Below, one piece after another: positions 1 through 35,000 of a stretch of 64,000 bases of DNA. How positions within the stretch are numbered: the stretch's first letter is position 1; each line of letters opens with the position of its first letter. The notes under the pieces are model-generated. The model did no database searches. It was not told the origin of the DNA and worked only from the letters and a program-made list of their open reading frames with translations. The position numbers and the translations under genes were made by a program. This DNA is from Macrostomum lignano (Eukaryota), in the NCBI GenBank assembly GCA_002269645.1, contig NIVC01003265.1, positions 44,258 through 108,257 of the forward strand, given 5' to 3'.

Positions 1-412
1 TGGCTCAGTGACTTGGAGCACTGATTCCCTGATTGGGGCACTGATTCCCTGATTGGGACACTGATTCCCTGATTGGGACACTGATTCCCTGATTGGGGCA
101 CTGAGCTCAGAGACTGGCTCAGTGACTTGGAGCACTGATTCCCTGATTGGGGCACTGATTCCCTGATTGGGGCACTGAGCTCAGAGACTGGCTCAGTGAC
201 TTGGAGCACTGATTCCCTGACAATGATCCCTGACAGTGATCCCTAGCTGATTCAGACAATGATTCAGTGGTCCCTAGCCAATGATTCAGTGGTCCCTAGC
301 CAATGATTCAGTGGTTCCTAGCTGACTCAGACAATGATTCAGTGGTCCCTAGCTGACTCGGACAATGATTCAGTGGTCCCTAGCTGACTCAGACAATGAT
401 TGAGTGGTTCAC
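1..412. repeat. Two adjacent minisatellites (~20-nt CTGATTCCCTGATTGGGGCA; ~30-nt GACAATGATTCAGTGGTCCCTAGCTGACTC)
   Basis: Direct reading. Confidence 0.85.
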
Positions 413-1364
413 TCTGAGCTAGTGCATTTAGATATGTAGAAACGAATGCACGCATTGTTAAAGGTATCAAGCAGATTTCTATTTGTTGGTTAACTGCAGT
501 CAGTCATGTTTATGATTGAAAGAATTTATTTGTGAATCCGAAACTCCGCATGCAGGTCATTGTCTCACTGGAGCAAGTCCTCATTAATTATTAATTACTA
601 GTACATAGCAAAGCTACACGTGCATACTGACCAGAGAAACAGCCATAAAGAATTTGGATGCACAGGCAGCATCGGATAGTCCCCCGGCTGTCCTGGCCGC
701 AGTCTCATTGCTCAGCAGGGACTTGAGTTCCCCGCCCTCCCCTTCTCTCTTCCCCCGCCCAGATCCCCATTAACGGGAATGGCCTGACTTTCGATGAGTT
801 TGGTTTTGCCTTATCTTCCCATATCGGGCCCCGGTTTTGATCTCGCAGCAGACAGTGCTCACCTGTAGCGAACCGGCCTCACAAAAAGAACATGTGAAGG
901 TTAGGGGGAGGCTGGGTAGCCATCATAACCGGTGGGAGCGGCTTTGATCCCGCTAATTGCAGGTACTGCGGTGTATGTACTGCACCGCCTCAGACACGCG
1001 GCGAGACGGAACCCCATTTTTAATACCTTTGAGACGGAGACTCTGAGCAGCCAGCCGAGCTGCCCTAATTAATTGATAACGAGGGGCAGCCGCTGCGGCC
1101 TCGGGAGGAGCCGGCGGTCCGCGTTTTCCGCTCATAAATAATTCACCGCCACTCGAGGGCTCGCAAATCTGGGGGAGCTTGAATAATGGCCCCGGCAACT
1201 GCGGGGGGGGGCAGCCTCGGCTCCTCCCCTTCTTTCCCCAGCGGGTCGCTTTAATCCGCGATTGAGGGGAAAATTTCCAGTCCGTGTTAAAGTGTTTTCC
1301 GGCAGAATGATAATGCCTAATGAAACTGCATGCTAGGTTTGGGAGCTTTCCTATGGTTAAAGGC

Positions 1365-2985
1365 CAGACTAGCAATCCATTCTACACATGCATTCAAGCA
1401 GATTAGATCAGCAATCCATTCTATTCCTGCACCCATGATAGGCTAGATTAGCAATCCATTGTATTCCTGCACCCATGATAGGATAGATTAGCAATCCATT
1501 CTATTCCTGCACCCATGATAGGCTAGATTAGCAATCCATTCTATTCCTGCACCCATGATAGGCTAGATCAGCAATCCATTCTATTCCTGCACCCATGATA
1601 GGCTAGATTAGCAATCCATTCTATTCCTGCACCCATGATAGGCTAGATTAGCAATCCATTCTATTCCTGCACCCATGATAGGCTAGATTAGCAATCCATT
1701 CTGTTCCTGCACACATGATAGGGTAGATTAGCAATCCATTCTATTCCTGCACCCATGATAGGCTAGATTAGCAATCCATTCTATTCCTGCACCCATGATA
1801 GGCTAGATTAGCAATCCATTCTATTCCTGCACACATGATAGGCTAGATTAGCAATCCATTCTATTCCTGCACACATGATAGGCTAGATTAGCAATCCATT
1901 CTATTCCTGCACCCATGATAGGCTAGATTAGCAATCCATTCTATTCCTGCACCCATGATAGGCTAGATTAGCAATCCATTCTATTCCTGTACCCATGATA
2001 GGCTAGATCAGCAATCCATTCTATTCCTGCACCCATGATAGGCTAGATTAGCAATCCATTCTATTCCTGCACCCATGATAGGCTAGATTAGCAATCCATT
2101 CTATTCCTGCACCCATGATAGGCTAGATTAGCAATCCATTCTGTTCCTGCACACATGATAGGGTAGATTAGCAATCCATTCTATTCCTGCACCCATGATA
2201 GGCTAGATTAGCAATCCATTCTATTCCTGCACCCATGATAGGCTAGATTAGCAATCCATTCTATTCCTGCATCCATGATAGGCTAGATTAGCAATCCATT
2301 CTATTCCTGCACCCATGATAGGCTAGATTAGCAATCCATTCTATTCCTGCACCCATGATAGGCTAGATTAGCAATCCATTCTATTCCTGCACACATGATA
2401 GGCTAGATTAGCAATCCATTCTATTCCTGCACACATGATAGGCTAGATTAGCAATCCATTCTATTCCTGCACCCATGATAGGCTAGATTAGCAATCCATT
2501 CTATTCCTGCACCCATGATAGGCTAGATCAGCAATCCATTCTATTCCTGCACCCATGATAGGCTAGATTAGCAATCCATTCTATTCCTGCACCCATGATA
2601 GGCTAGATTAGCAATCCATTCTATTCCTGCACCCATGATAGGCTAGATTAGCAATCCATTCTATTCCTGCACCCATGATAGGCTAGATTAGCAATCCATT
2701 CTATTCCTGTACCCATGATAGGCTAGATCAGCAATCCATTCTATTCCTGCACCCATGATAGGCTAGATTAGCAATCGATTCTATTCTTGCACCCATGATA
2801 GGCTAGATTAGCAATCCATTCTATTCCTGCATCCATGATAGGCTAGATTAGCAATCCATTCCATTCCTGCACCCATGATAGGCTAGATTAGCAATCCATC
2901 CTATTCTTACATCTGTGATACGATAGATTAGCAATCCATTCTATTCTTACATCCGTACATTCTTACGATAGATTAGCAATCCTAA
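1365..2985. repeat. 40-nt minisatellite GGCTAGATTAGCAATCCATTCTATTCCTGCACCCATGATA, ~40 copies
   Basis: Direct reading. Confidence 0.95.
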
Positions 2986-3861
2986 TACTGTAATCGCAAT
3001 GTAAAGTAAGACACATGAATGTAAGAACACATGAATGTGTTTTTTTACACAAACACATGAATGTAATGCAATGTAAGACACATGAATGGCAAAGCTGACA
3101 CAGCCTTGCCCGCAATAAATGCAGTTCGACCCGCTGCCGGGATGCAGCACCTGCCTCTGTGTTTGCAAACTCACTGCATCTCCGTTCCCCACCCCCTGGA
3201 TCATCCCAGTCGGCCCTGTCCCCTGTCCCCAGTGCGCATCCCCAGTCTGGGTCTGCCCATCCCAGCCAGCCGGCCAGGGCCAATGGGATTCGGGCAGCAG
3301 CAGCTGCACCCGCCAGCTCCTGGCTCAGCAGTCTAAATACCCCCCCAGCCTCCCAGCTCCGGCATCTTCCCGGTCTCAACGTCAACAGCCGCTTCTGTTC
3401 TCCCAAATTTCCCGACATCGCGCCGAGTGTCCGCCAGGTGAAATCCGCGACTCAACCCGGCTTGCGACAGTCTTCAGCCAGTTCTGTGAGCATTTCCTGC
3501 TGGCTTCATGTCTTTGCTGCTGTTACTGTTGATGCTGTTAGGAGCAGCTGGGATCCCCCGTTGATGCTGGACTGAGTGGAGCTGCCAAAAAATTGCCTTC
3601 CTCACAGCTCATCCCCCTCTGAGCTGCTCCTCTATCCTCTCCCTTCTCTCCCCTCCCCCTGCTGGCTGGGGGCATTTCTGCTTCTGGAAGCCTGGAAGCC
3701 GGCTTCAGGCCTGCTGGGGGATAATTGCTCCCTAAAAATCCTCAATTCGGAGCCGCCGCAGCCACCGGGAGTTGCCCCGCCAGGCGTGCACTTTAAGCCG
3801 CGGCTCACCTACGAGCAGTTTGAAATCCCCACCGGCCGCCGAGCTGGCGGAGCCCTTTATT

Positions 3862-4378
3862 GACTTTCTGCCTGCTGCTTCTGCTTGCTGCTTCTGTCTG
3901 CTGCTTCTGCTTTCTGCTTCTGTCTGCTGCTTCTGCTTTCTGCTTCTGTCTGCTGCTTCTGTCTGCTGCTTCTGCTTGCTGCTTCTGTCTGCTGCTTTTG
4001 CTTGCTGCTTCTGCTTGCTGCTTCTGTCTGCTGCTTTTGCTTGCTACTTCTGCTTGCTGCTTCTCTCTGCTGCTTCTGTCTGCTGCTTCTGTCTGCTGCT
4101 TCTGTCTGCTGCTTCTGTCTGCTGCTTCTCTCTGCTGCTTCTGTCTGCTGCTTCTGCTTTCTGCTTCTGTCTGCTGCTTCTGTCTGCTGCTTCTGCTTGC
4201 TGCTTCTGTCTGCTGCTTTTGCTTGCTGCTTCTGCTTGCTGCTTCTGTCTGCTGCTTCTGCTTGCTGCTTCTGTCTGCTGCTTCTGCTTGCTGCTTCTGT
4301 CTGCTGCTTCTGTCTGCTGCTTTTGCTTGCTGCTTCTGCTTGCTGCTTCTGTCTGCTGCTTTCTCTGCTTTCTGTAGC
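3862..4378. repeat. Composite CTGCTT/CTGTCTG low-complexity repeat
   Basis: Direct reading; produces spurious open frames on both strands. Confidence 0.9.
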
Positions 4379-5234
4379 TCTCTGGGCTGCGCTGGGGCTC
4401 CCCGCATCGGCACCTGAGGGGGGGGGGCTGGGCTGAGAAGATCCCCAGCATCCCCGATCCCTGCCCCCCTTACTGAGATCCCACTGGGAACAGCGGAGTC
4501 TCCTAGCCTCCCTATCCTCTTCATCTTATCCTCCCGAGGGATAAATCGGATTATGGAGGACTTCGTGGTCCGTCTTTTATCACCTTTCCTCTCCCGCATC
4601 CCCCTGCCTGGCCTGACCGCAGTCCGAGTTCGAGCTGCTCGGGCAGAATCTTCAAGCCCGATGAAGGAGGAGTCTGAGAGCTTTGCAGCTTCCTCTGTTC
4701 AGTAGAGAAGCGGGATTCTGAAGAGCGCGGGAGAGCGGGGTGGCCCGAGAGGTGTGGAAGCGACGCGATCCCGGAGTCGAAGTGGGCTGCCTGACTTCTC
4801 CCAGACCCAGTCGACCCGCGGCCCCAGCTGCGAGCTTACAAATCGCTTGCAGAATGATTAAAATTGCAGAGACTGGCACTGAGCGCTTCCTCCACTTCCC
4901 TCATCCCTCTCCACGCCCAGCTCCTCCATCGCTCACTCTTGCAAAAGGACTCTCTGTTTATAAAAACAGCCTGAATGCTGCGAGCCGGGAGGCTGTTGCT
5001 AAATGAGGCTCAGGGACAGGGGGGAGGCAGCTTCCATTGATTCCCAGGTGGAGCTGGGGGGGGGGCTGCTTTCAAGCAAAGCAGTTGGAACAGAAGAAGT
5101 TTGAGATGCTGGCCTCCATAGCCGCGGGGCACGCCGTCCCCAAACAGCCGGGAGACATCTGCGGCGGCTTGAAAATCAATAGAATTTTTTTGCAAATTTT
5201 TCTACCCTTTATGCAGCGGCGATAGGTATTGTTT

Positions 5235-6350
5235 CCTATCTCACAGTCTCATCTAGACTATCTCATCGGTATCTCACAGTCTCATCTAGACTATCTCATC
5301 GGTATCTCACAGCCTCATCTAGACTATCTCATCGGTATCTCACAGTCTCATCTAGACTATCTCATCGGTATCTCACAGTCTCATCTAGACTATCTCATCG
5401 GTATCTCACAGTCTCATCTAGACTATCTCATCGGTATCTCACAGTCTCATCTAGACTATCTCATCGGTATCTCACAGCCTCATCTAGACTATCTCATCGG
5501 TATCTCACAGCCTCATCTAGACTATCTCATCGGTATCTCACAGCCTCATCTAGACTATCTCATCGGTATCTCACAGCCTCATCTAGACTATCTCATCGGT
5601 ATCTCACAGCCTCATCTAGACTATCTCATCGGTATCTCACAGCCTCATCTAGACTATCTCATCGGTATCTCACAGTCTCATCTAGACTATCTCATCGGTA
5701 TCTCACAGTCTCATCTAGACTATCTCATCGGTATCTCAGCCTCATCTAGACTATCTCATCGGTATCTCACAGCCTCATCTAGACTATCTCATCGGTATCT
5801 CACAGTCTCATCTAGACTATCTCATCGGTATCTCACAGCCTCATCTAGACTATCTCATCGGTATCTCACAGCCTCATCTAGACTATCTCATCGGTATCTC
5901 ACAGCCTCATCTAGACTATCTCATCGGTATCTCACAGCCTCATCTAGACTATCTCATCGGTATCTCACAGTCTCATCTAGACTATCTCATCGGTATCTCA
6001 CAGCCTCATCTAGACTATCTCATCGGTATCTCACAGTCTCATCTAGACTATCTCATCGGTATCTCACAGCCTCATCTAGACTATCTCATCGGTATCTCAC
6101 AGCCTCACTTAGAGTACCTCACCGGTTATCTCACAGTCTCACCTAGAGTATCTCAGTCTAACCTACAGTATCTCACAAGTTATCTCAGTCTAATCTAGAG
6201 TATCTCACCGGTTATCTCAGTCTAGCCTACAGTATCTCAGAAGTTATCTCAGTCTAATCTAGAGTATCTCACCAATTTTCTCAGTCTAATCTAGAGTATC
6301 TCCCGGTTATCTCAGTCTAATCTAGAGTATCTCCCCGGTATCTCACAGTA
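5235..6350. repeat. 33-nt minisatellite TCTCACAG(C/T)CTCATCTAGACTATCTCATCGGTA with degenerate tail
   Basis: Direct reading; the 11-aa period in the ORF track agrees. Confidence 0.95.
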
Positions 6351-6844
6351 TCACCCAGAGTATCTCCTACTTTGCCATGCATATGTTGCAACAAGTCTGC
6401 TTGCAGTCGTGTCTGATGTTTCCAATTAGCAAAAGTATCCAGCTGCTGACTCAGTGAAATCTGGCACATCCTGCTTTCAGCTATCAATATCCCCCCCCGC
6501 ATCTTCGATACTCCTGCCTCATCCTGAGCACCCCGTGCTCTCCAATCTCGCTAATGAGTTTGTCTCACCTGCCACGTGTGAAATGAGAGAAATTGACTTT
6601 TCCAAGAATCGCTACTGCTGCGGGGCCGGGGAATGAGTGGGGAGCAGAGGGGTAGGGAGGCGGCAGGGGGGGGGGTGCTTTGCCGGGGTTTGTTTGCTTT
6701 GTGTGCAAATTAATTTTAGCAGTGGGAAAGTCAAATTAGAGCGAATGTTGAGACAGGTTGGCGAGCCGAACCGGCACCAGCTCGGAGCCGCTTATCGCCC
6801 TTGGATTGTGGCGATTTTTACTGATGAAGTGCTCAGAATGCTGA

Positions 6845-8345
6845 GATTTTGATAGGAGATGGGGTGAGATTTTGATAGGAGATGGGGTGAGATTTTGATA
6901 GGAGATGGGTGAGATTTTGATAGGAGATGGGGTGAGATTTTGATAGGAAATGGGTGAGATTTTGATAGGAGATGGGGTGAGATTTTGATAGGAAATGGGG
7001 TGAGATTTGATAGGAGATGGGGTGAGATTTAATAGGAGATGGGGTGAGATTTGATAGGTGATGGGGTTAGATTTTGATTGGAGATGGGGTTAGATTTTGA
7101 TAGAAGATGGGGTGAGATTTTGATAGGAGATGGGGTGAGATTTTGATAGGAGATGGGTGAGATTTTGATAGGAGATGGGGTGAGATTTGATAGGAGATGG
7201 GTGAGATTTTGATAGGAGATGGGGTGAGATTTGATAGGAGATGGGTGAGATTTTGATAGGAGATGGGGTGAGATTTTGATAGGAGATGGGTGAGATTTTG
7301 ATAGGAGATGGGGTGAGATTTTGATAGGAAATGGGGTGAGATTTGATAGGAGATGGGGTGAGATTTAATAGGAGATGGGGTGAGATTTGATAGGTGATGG
7401 GGTTAGATTTTGATTGGAGATGGGGTTAGATTTTGATAGAAGATGGGGTGAGATTTTGATAGGAGATGGGGTGAGATTTTGATTGGAGATGGGGTTAGAT
7501 TTGATAGGTGATGGGGTTAGATTTTGATTGGAGATGGGGTGAGATTTTGATAGGAGATGGGGTAAGATTTTTAGAGGAAATGGGGCGAGACATTGATAGG
7601 AGATGGGGTGATATCTTGATACTCGTAGATTATGGGATGAGATTTTGATAGAAGTCAGTGTGAGATTTGATAAGATATGGGGTACGATGTTGAAAGGAGA
7701 TAGGGTGAGATTTTTAGAGCAGATGGGGTGAGATTTGATAGGAGATGAGGTGAGATTTGATAGGTGATGGGGTTAGATTTTGATTGGAGATGGGGTTAGA
7801 TTTTGATAGAAGATGGGGTGAGATTTTGATAGGAGATGGGGTTAGATTTTGATTGGAGATGGGGTTAGATTTTGATAGAAGATGGGGTGAGATTTGATAG
7901 GTGATGGGTGAGATTTTGATAGGAGATGGGTGAGATTTTGATAGCAGATGGGGTGAGATGTTGAAAGGAGATAGGGTGAGATTCGATAGGAGATGGGGTG
8001 TGATTTGATAGGTGATGGGTTAGATTTTGATAGGAGATGGGGTGAGATTTGATAGGTGATGGGTGAGATTTTGATAGGAGATGGGGTGAGATGTTGAAAG
8101 GAGATAGGGTGAGATTTGATAGGAGATGGGGTGAGATTTGATAGGAGATGGGGTGAGATTTCGATAGGAGATGGGGTGAGATTTCGATAGGAGATGGGGT
8201 GAGATTTCGATAGGAGATGGGGTGAGATTTCGATAGGAGATGGGGTGAGATTTCGATAGGAGATGGGGTGAGATTTCGATAGGAGATGGGGTGAGATTTG
8301 ATAGGAGATGGCTGAGATTTTGATAGGAGATGGGGTGGGATTTTG
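6845..8345. repeat. 21-23-nt purine-rich minisatellite GAGATTTTGATAGGAGATGGGGT
   Basis: Direct reading; 6845-7150 and 7200-7500 look like a higher-order duplication. Confidence 0.95.
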
Positions 8346-9404
8346 AAATAATACAACCAATGAGAAAAAAAAGATTTTGAATAAAGATGGGGGAGATTCG
8401 TGAGGTGTTTGCTGATCGCATTGAGCATGCTGTCACTAAAAGCAGCTTGGCAGAGCCTGGCTCTCACAACTGGAAATCCAGGCGCTCACAGCGGTGATAA
8501 AAAACCCCTGCACTCCCCGAGCTCCGCGGCAGCTGGACCACCAGAGCACAGCGGGTCTGGGCAGGAGAGAGAATTAAACTGCTCGGGAGACGGCCGACTC
8601 ACAGGCCATCGCTTTATTGTGATGAGGCTGCATGGCCCCAGTGGGATCTGATCCCGCTGACCCCAGCCTCCCGCTGTCCCGTCTCTCTATCCTGTGCTCA
8701 AGTACCTCCGGCAATTAGCTGGCAAAATACGGGGAGCCTCCGATTAATGAACGGGCAGGTCCGGTGGCGGGGCAGAGAGGCACTGATGAAGCTGGCACGG
8801 CCTCCCAGCCTCCCACGCGCGGCTCAACCACTGGGCCAGGTGAGAGGGAGAATGCAGTATTGAAGGGATGGCACGGATGATGAATTGCCTCTCCCCCTGA
8901 CAACAAGCAGACAGCTGCAGCTCGAGCAGAGCCGGTCGCCAGCAAGAGTGCATCTGGGTGGGGCCGCATCAATCTGCGCTAATCCCCCCAGGCTAATTAA
9001 ATAATAATCCGTCACTGCGGATGCCATGGGATCCGCGCCAACCCCGCTGCTCGGTCCGGATGCCTCTCAATTATTGATGAAGCTGCCGTGCCGCAGCCTC
9101 CAGCGCATCCGCCAAACCCCCTCAGAGATGCCCTGTCCAGCCCTGGCACTTGTCACCTTGGAGCTGTCTGCCCCCCCCCCCTGCCCCAGCCTGTCTTCAC
9201 CTTCCGTGTTTGCCTGCCGAATCGATCGCTTTGCTGCCTCTGGAAATTCAGGCCAGAAATACTGCAATTTGGCTATTTGTGCGCCTTTGACACTTCCTGT
9301 GCGGACAGCCTGCGCCCGCGTGTGCCTGCGGTATTCACTTAAACTCTTGCCGATCTCCTGTCTGACACTCAGACTGGACTGAACTTCTCTGAGGTACAGT
9401 GGCT

Positions 9405-9505
9405 TGACTGACTGACTGACTGACTGACTGACTGACTGACTGACTGACTGACTGACTGACTGACTGACTGACTGACTGACTGACTGACTGACTGACTGAC
9501 TGACT
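9405..9505. repeat. (GACT)n microsatellite
   Basis: Direct reading. Confidence 0.95.
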
Positions 9506-9560
9506 CCCCAATCCCACTGCAGCCAGGGCCACAGGCGATGCCAGTCACTGCAGGGGAGTC

Positions 9561-31168
<21,608 letters not shown>

Positions 31169-32044
31169 CGACGGGACGCCGGACGACAAGCGATGCTCAA
31201 ACTCCCGATCCGGCATGAAAACTTGCTCGCGCTTTGCGTCTGAAATAACAAAACATTTCCTAGAGAGTCTTCATGATCTACTTGACGTGTGCGCTAAAAA
31301 ACATTGTCAGTTATTTTTGCCTCACCCACCCTAGATTCCCCAGCCGACAGCAAGGAGTCTCCAATCACTGCTCTTGCCACACTGCATTCCAGCACCCGCA
31401 TCAGCACACCTGGCTGGTGACTCTGTCACCGTCAGTCTGTTATTAACTGTAATCAATCTTTATTTATACTACTCAAGATTAGCGAAGCACTTCCTAAGCT
31501 GGTGTCTTTTTGAGCAAGGAACGCTCTTAATAATAACATTCATTGAAGATTTGAGTCGTCTGCGCACCAAGACCGCATTCTGCCCATCCAGAGCACGCAT
31601 CTCCTTCTGACTGTACATTTTTGTTCAGAGAGTAATCGTTGATAACTATCTCATTAACGAAAGACTCAACACCGTGAGCTGTGAGAAGGTCTCAAAAATT
31701 CCCCAAAAACCTGCGTTCACCGGACTCCACAGCACAGATGCTACAAAAGCCAATTCAAAACCTGTTTGTTCACCATGCTGGCAGTGCAAGCAGCAATCTG
31801 TCAGCTAGTTTATTATTAATCGAGTTGCCTCTTTCGAAAAGGCAATGAAGGCTAAGAAATAAATAAACAACTGCAGCTGCAGCGCAAAGTATTTTGTCTA
31901 TTTTGATTCAAAACTGCATTGACTAACGGGTCTGTGAGTTCATTTCTGCCGTGTTAGAATGCTCCAAACTGATTAATTTCAATTCAATTTCGGGTAGAAT
32001 GAATAAACTGTTAACTATTGAAACGTTGGAGCTGCTGGCTCCAT

Positions 32045-35000
32045 TCAGCTCTGCTTTGCAGCCTTTTCACTCGGGCTTAGCTCCGCCGCAATCTCCTTCC
32101 AGACGGGGTCCAAACGTCGTTTGGTCGGCTTTGGCTTCGGCTTGCTGGGGTCCGCATTTTTGCGCTCCTTCGCTGGCTGCTCATTCGAGGCTGACAGACA
32201 GTGCCAGACCGCCAGCAGGGGGACGGGCAACACCGTCAGCCCTCTGATCAGCTCAATCAGCCACCACTCTGCCAGCGACCTGTGCAGCTGACTCTCGCTG
32301 AGGTTCTGCAGCGGCCCGGTCATCACGGGGCTGAGCGGGTTTCCAGTCCAGGATGGTAAAGCGAACTTCACCGAGTCCGTGACCAAGACCACCAAGCTCA
32401 GCAGCAGCAGCAGCGGAGTGTAGAAAAACCAGCAGAGCCGCCACCAGAAAGCCAGGCGGGAGAGCCGCTCGTTAACTGCAAAATATTCCAATCAGTGATG
32501 GCGCGTCAAGAACTGAACCAGCTTCTCCAGAAGCTTCTCCAGAACGGAGAAGACCACAGTGCCAATTATACTCCCGCTCTGTTGCATCTTTCGCCTAATG
32601 ATGCAAGCTCAGCCTCGAGAGAGTCAGTCTTGCATCTAACTAATGATGCAAGCTCAGTCTCGAGAGAGTCAGTCTTGTATCTAACTAATGATGCAAGCTC
32701 AGTCTCGAGAGAGTCAGTCTTGTATCTAATGATGCAAGCTCAGTCTCGAGAGAGTCAGTCTTGTATCTAATGATGCAAGCTCAGCCTCGACAGAGTCAGT
32801 CTTGTATCTAACTAATGATGCAAGCTCAGTCTCGAGAGAGTCAGTCTTGCATCTAACTAATGATGCAAGCTCAGTCTCGAGAGAGTCAGTCTTGTATCTA
32901 ACTAATGATGCAAGCTCAGTCTCGAGAGAGTCAGTCTTGTATCTAAATAATGATGCAAGCTCAGCCTCGAGAGAGTCTCTCTCGAGAGTCTTGTATCTAA
33001 TGATGCAAGCTCAGTCTCGAGAGAGTCAGTCTTGTATCTAATGATTCAAGCTCAGTCTCGAGAGAGTCAGTCTTGTATCTAATGATTCAAGCTCAGTCCC
33101 GAGAGTCAGTCTTGTATCTAACTAATGATGCAAGCTCAGTCTCGAGAGAGTCAGTCTTGTATCTAACTAATGATGCAAGCTCAGTCTCGAGAGAGTCAGT
33201 CTTGTATCTAACTAATGATGCAAGCTCAGTCTCGAGAGAGTCAGTCTTGTATCTAATGATGCAAGCTCAGCCTCGAGAGAGTCAGTCTTGTATCTAATGA
33301 TGCAAGCTCAGTCTCGAGAGAGTCAGTCTTGTATCTAATGATTCAAGCTCAGTCTCGAGAGTCAGTCTTGTATCTAACTAATGATGCAAGCTCAGTCTCG
33401 AGAGAGTCAGTCTTGTATCTATCTAATGATGCAAGCTCAGCCTCGAGAGAGTCAGTCTTGTATCTAATGATGCAAGCTCAGCCTCGAGAGAGTCAGTCTT
33501 GTATCTAATGATGCAAGCTCAGCCTCGAGAGAGTCAGTCTTGTATCTAATGATGCAAGCTCAGCCTCGAGAGAGTCAGTCTTGTATCTAACTAATGATGC
33601 AAGCTCAGCCTCGAGAGAGTCAGTCTTGTATCTAACTAATGATGCAAGCTCAGTCTCGAGAGAGTCAGTCTTGTATCTAATGATGCAAGCTCAGCCTCGA
33701 GAGAGTCAGTCTTGTATCTAATGATGCAAGCTCAGCCTCGAGAGAGTCAGTCTTGTATCTAACTAATGATGCAAGCTCAGTCTCGAGAGAGTCAGTCTTG
33801 TATCTAACTAATGATGCAAGCTCAGTCTCGAGAGAGTCAGTCTTGTATCTAACTAATGATGCAAGCTCAGTCTCGACAGAGTCAGTCTTGTATCTTACTA
33901 ATGATGCAAGCTCAGCCTCGAGAGAGTCAGTCTTGTATCTAATGATGCAAGCTCAGCCTCGAGAGAGTCAGTCTTGTATCTAACTAATGATGCAAGCTCA
34001 GTCTCGAGAGAGTCAGTCTTGTATCTAACTAATGATGCAAGCTCAGCCTCGAGAGAGTCAGTCTTGTATCTAACTAATGATGCAAGCTCAGTCTCGACAG
34101 AGTCAGTCTTGTATCTAATGATGCAAGCTCAGCCTCGAGAGAGTCAGTCTTGTATCTAATGATGCAAGCTCAGTCTCGAGAGAGTCAGTCTTGTATCTAA
34201 TGATGCAAGCTCAGCCTCGAGAGAGTCAGTCTTGTATCTAACTAATGATGCAAGCTCAGTCTCGAGAGAGTCAGTCTTGTATCTAACTAATGATGCAAGC
34301 TCAGTCTCGAGAGAGTCAGTCTTGTATCTAACTAATGATTCAAGCTCAGTCTCGAGAGAGTCAGTCTTGTATCTTACTAATGATGCAAGCTCAGCCTCGA
34401 GAGAGTCAGTCTTGTATCTAATGATGCAAGCTCAGTCTCGAGAGAGTCAGTCTTGTATCTAACTAATGATGCAAGCTCAGTCTCGAGAGAGTCAGTCTTG
34501 TATCTAACTAATGATGCAAGCTCAGTCTCGAGAGAGTCAGTCTTGTATCTAACTAATGATGCAAGCTCAGTCTCGAGAGAGTCAGTCTTGTATCTAACTA
34601 ATGATGCAAGCTCAGTCTCGAGAGAGTCAGTCTTGTATCTTACTAATGATGCAAGCTCAGTCTCGAGAGAGTCAGTCTTGTATCTAACTAATGATGCAAG
34701 CTCAGTCTCGAGAGAGTCAGTCTTGTATCTAACTAATGATGTTAGATGCAAGCTCAGTCTCGAGAGAGTCAGTCTTGTATCTAACTAATGATGCAAGCTC
34801 AGTCTCGAGAGAGTCAGTCTTGTATCTTACTAATGATGCAAGCTCAGTCTCGAGAGAGTCAGTCTTGTATCTAACTAATGATGTTAGATGCAAGCTCAGT
34901 CTCGAGAGAGTCAGTCTTGTATCTAACTAATGATGCAAGCTCAGTCTCGAGAGAGTCAGTCTTGTATCTAACTAATGATGTTAGATGCAAGCTCAGTCTC

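Noticed and set aside
540-960. Splice-like sites (GCAG|GTCATT on +, CAG|GTGAGC on -) suggesting exons of a neighbouring gene
   Set aside because: No consistent reading frame or partner exon within the window.
3772-4599. Long ORFs on both strands (KQKQQAEAADRSSR and Cys/Leu-rich)
   Set aside because: Entirely explained by a stop-free composite microsatellite; no splice or codon-use support.
5229-8467. ORFs over the 33-nt and 23-nt arrays
   Set aside because: Translations of tandem repeats; frames shift with unit indels.
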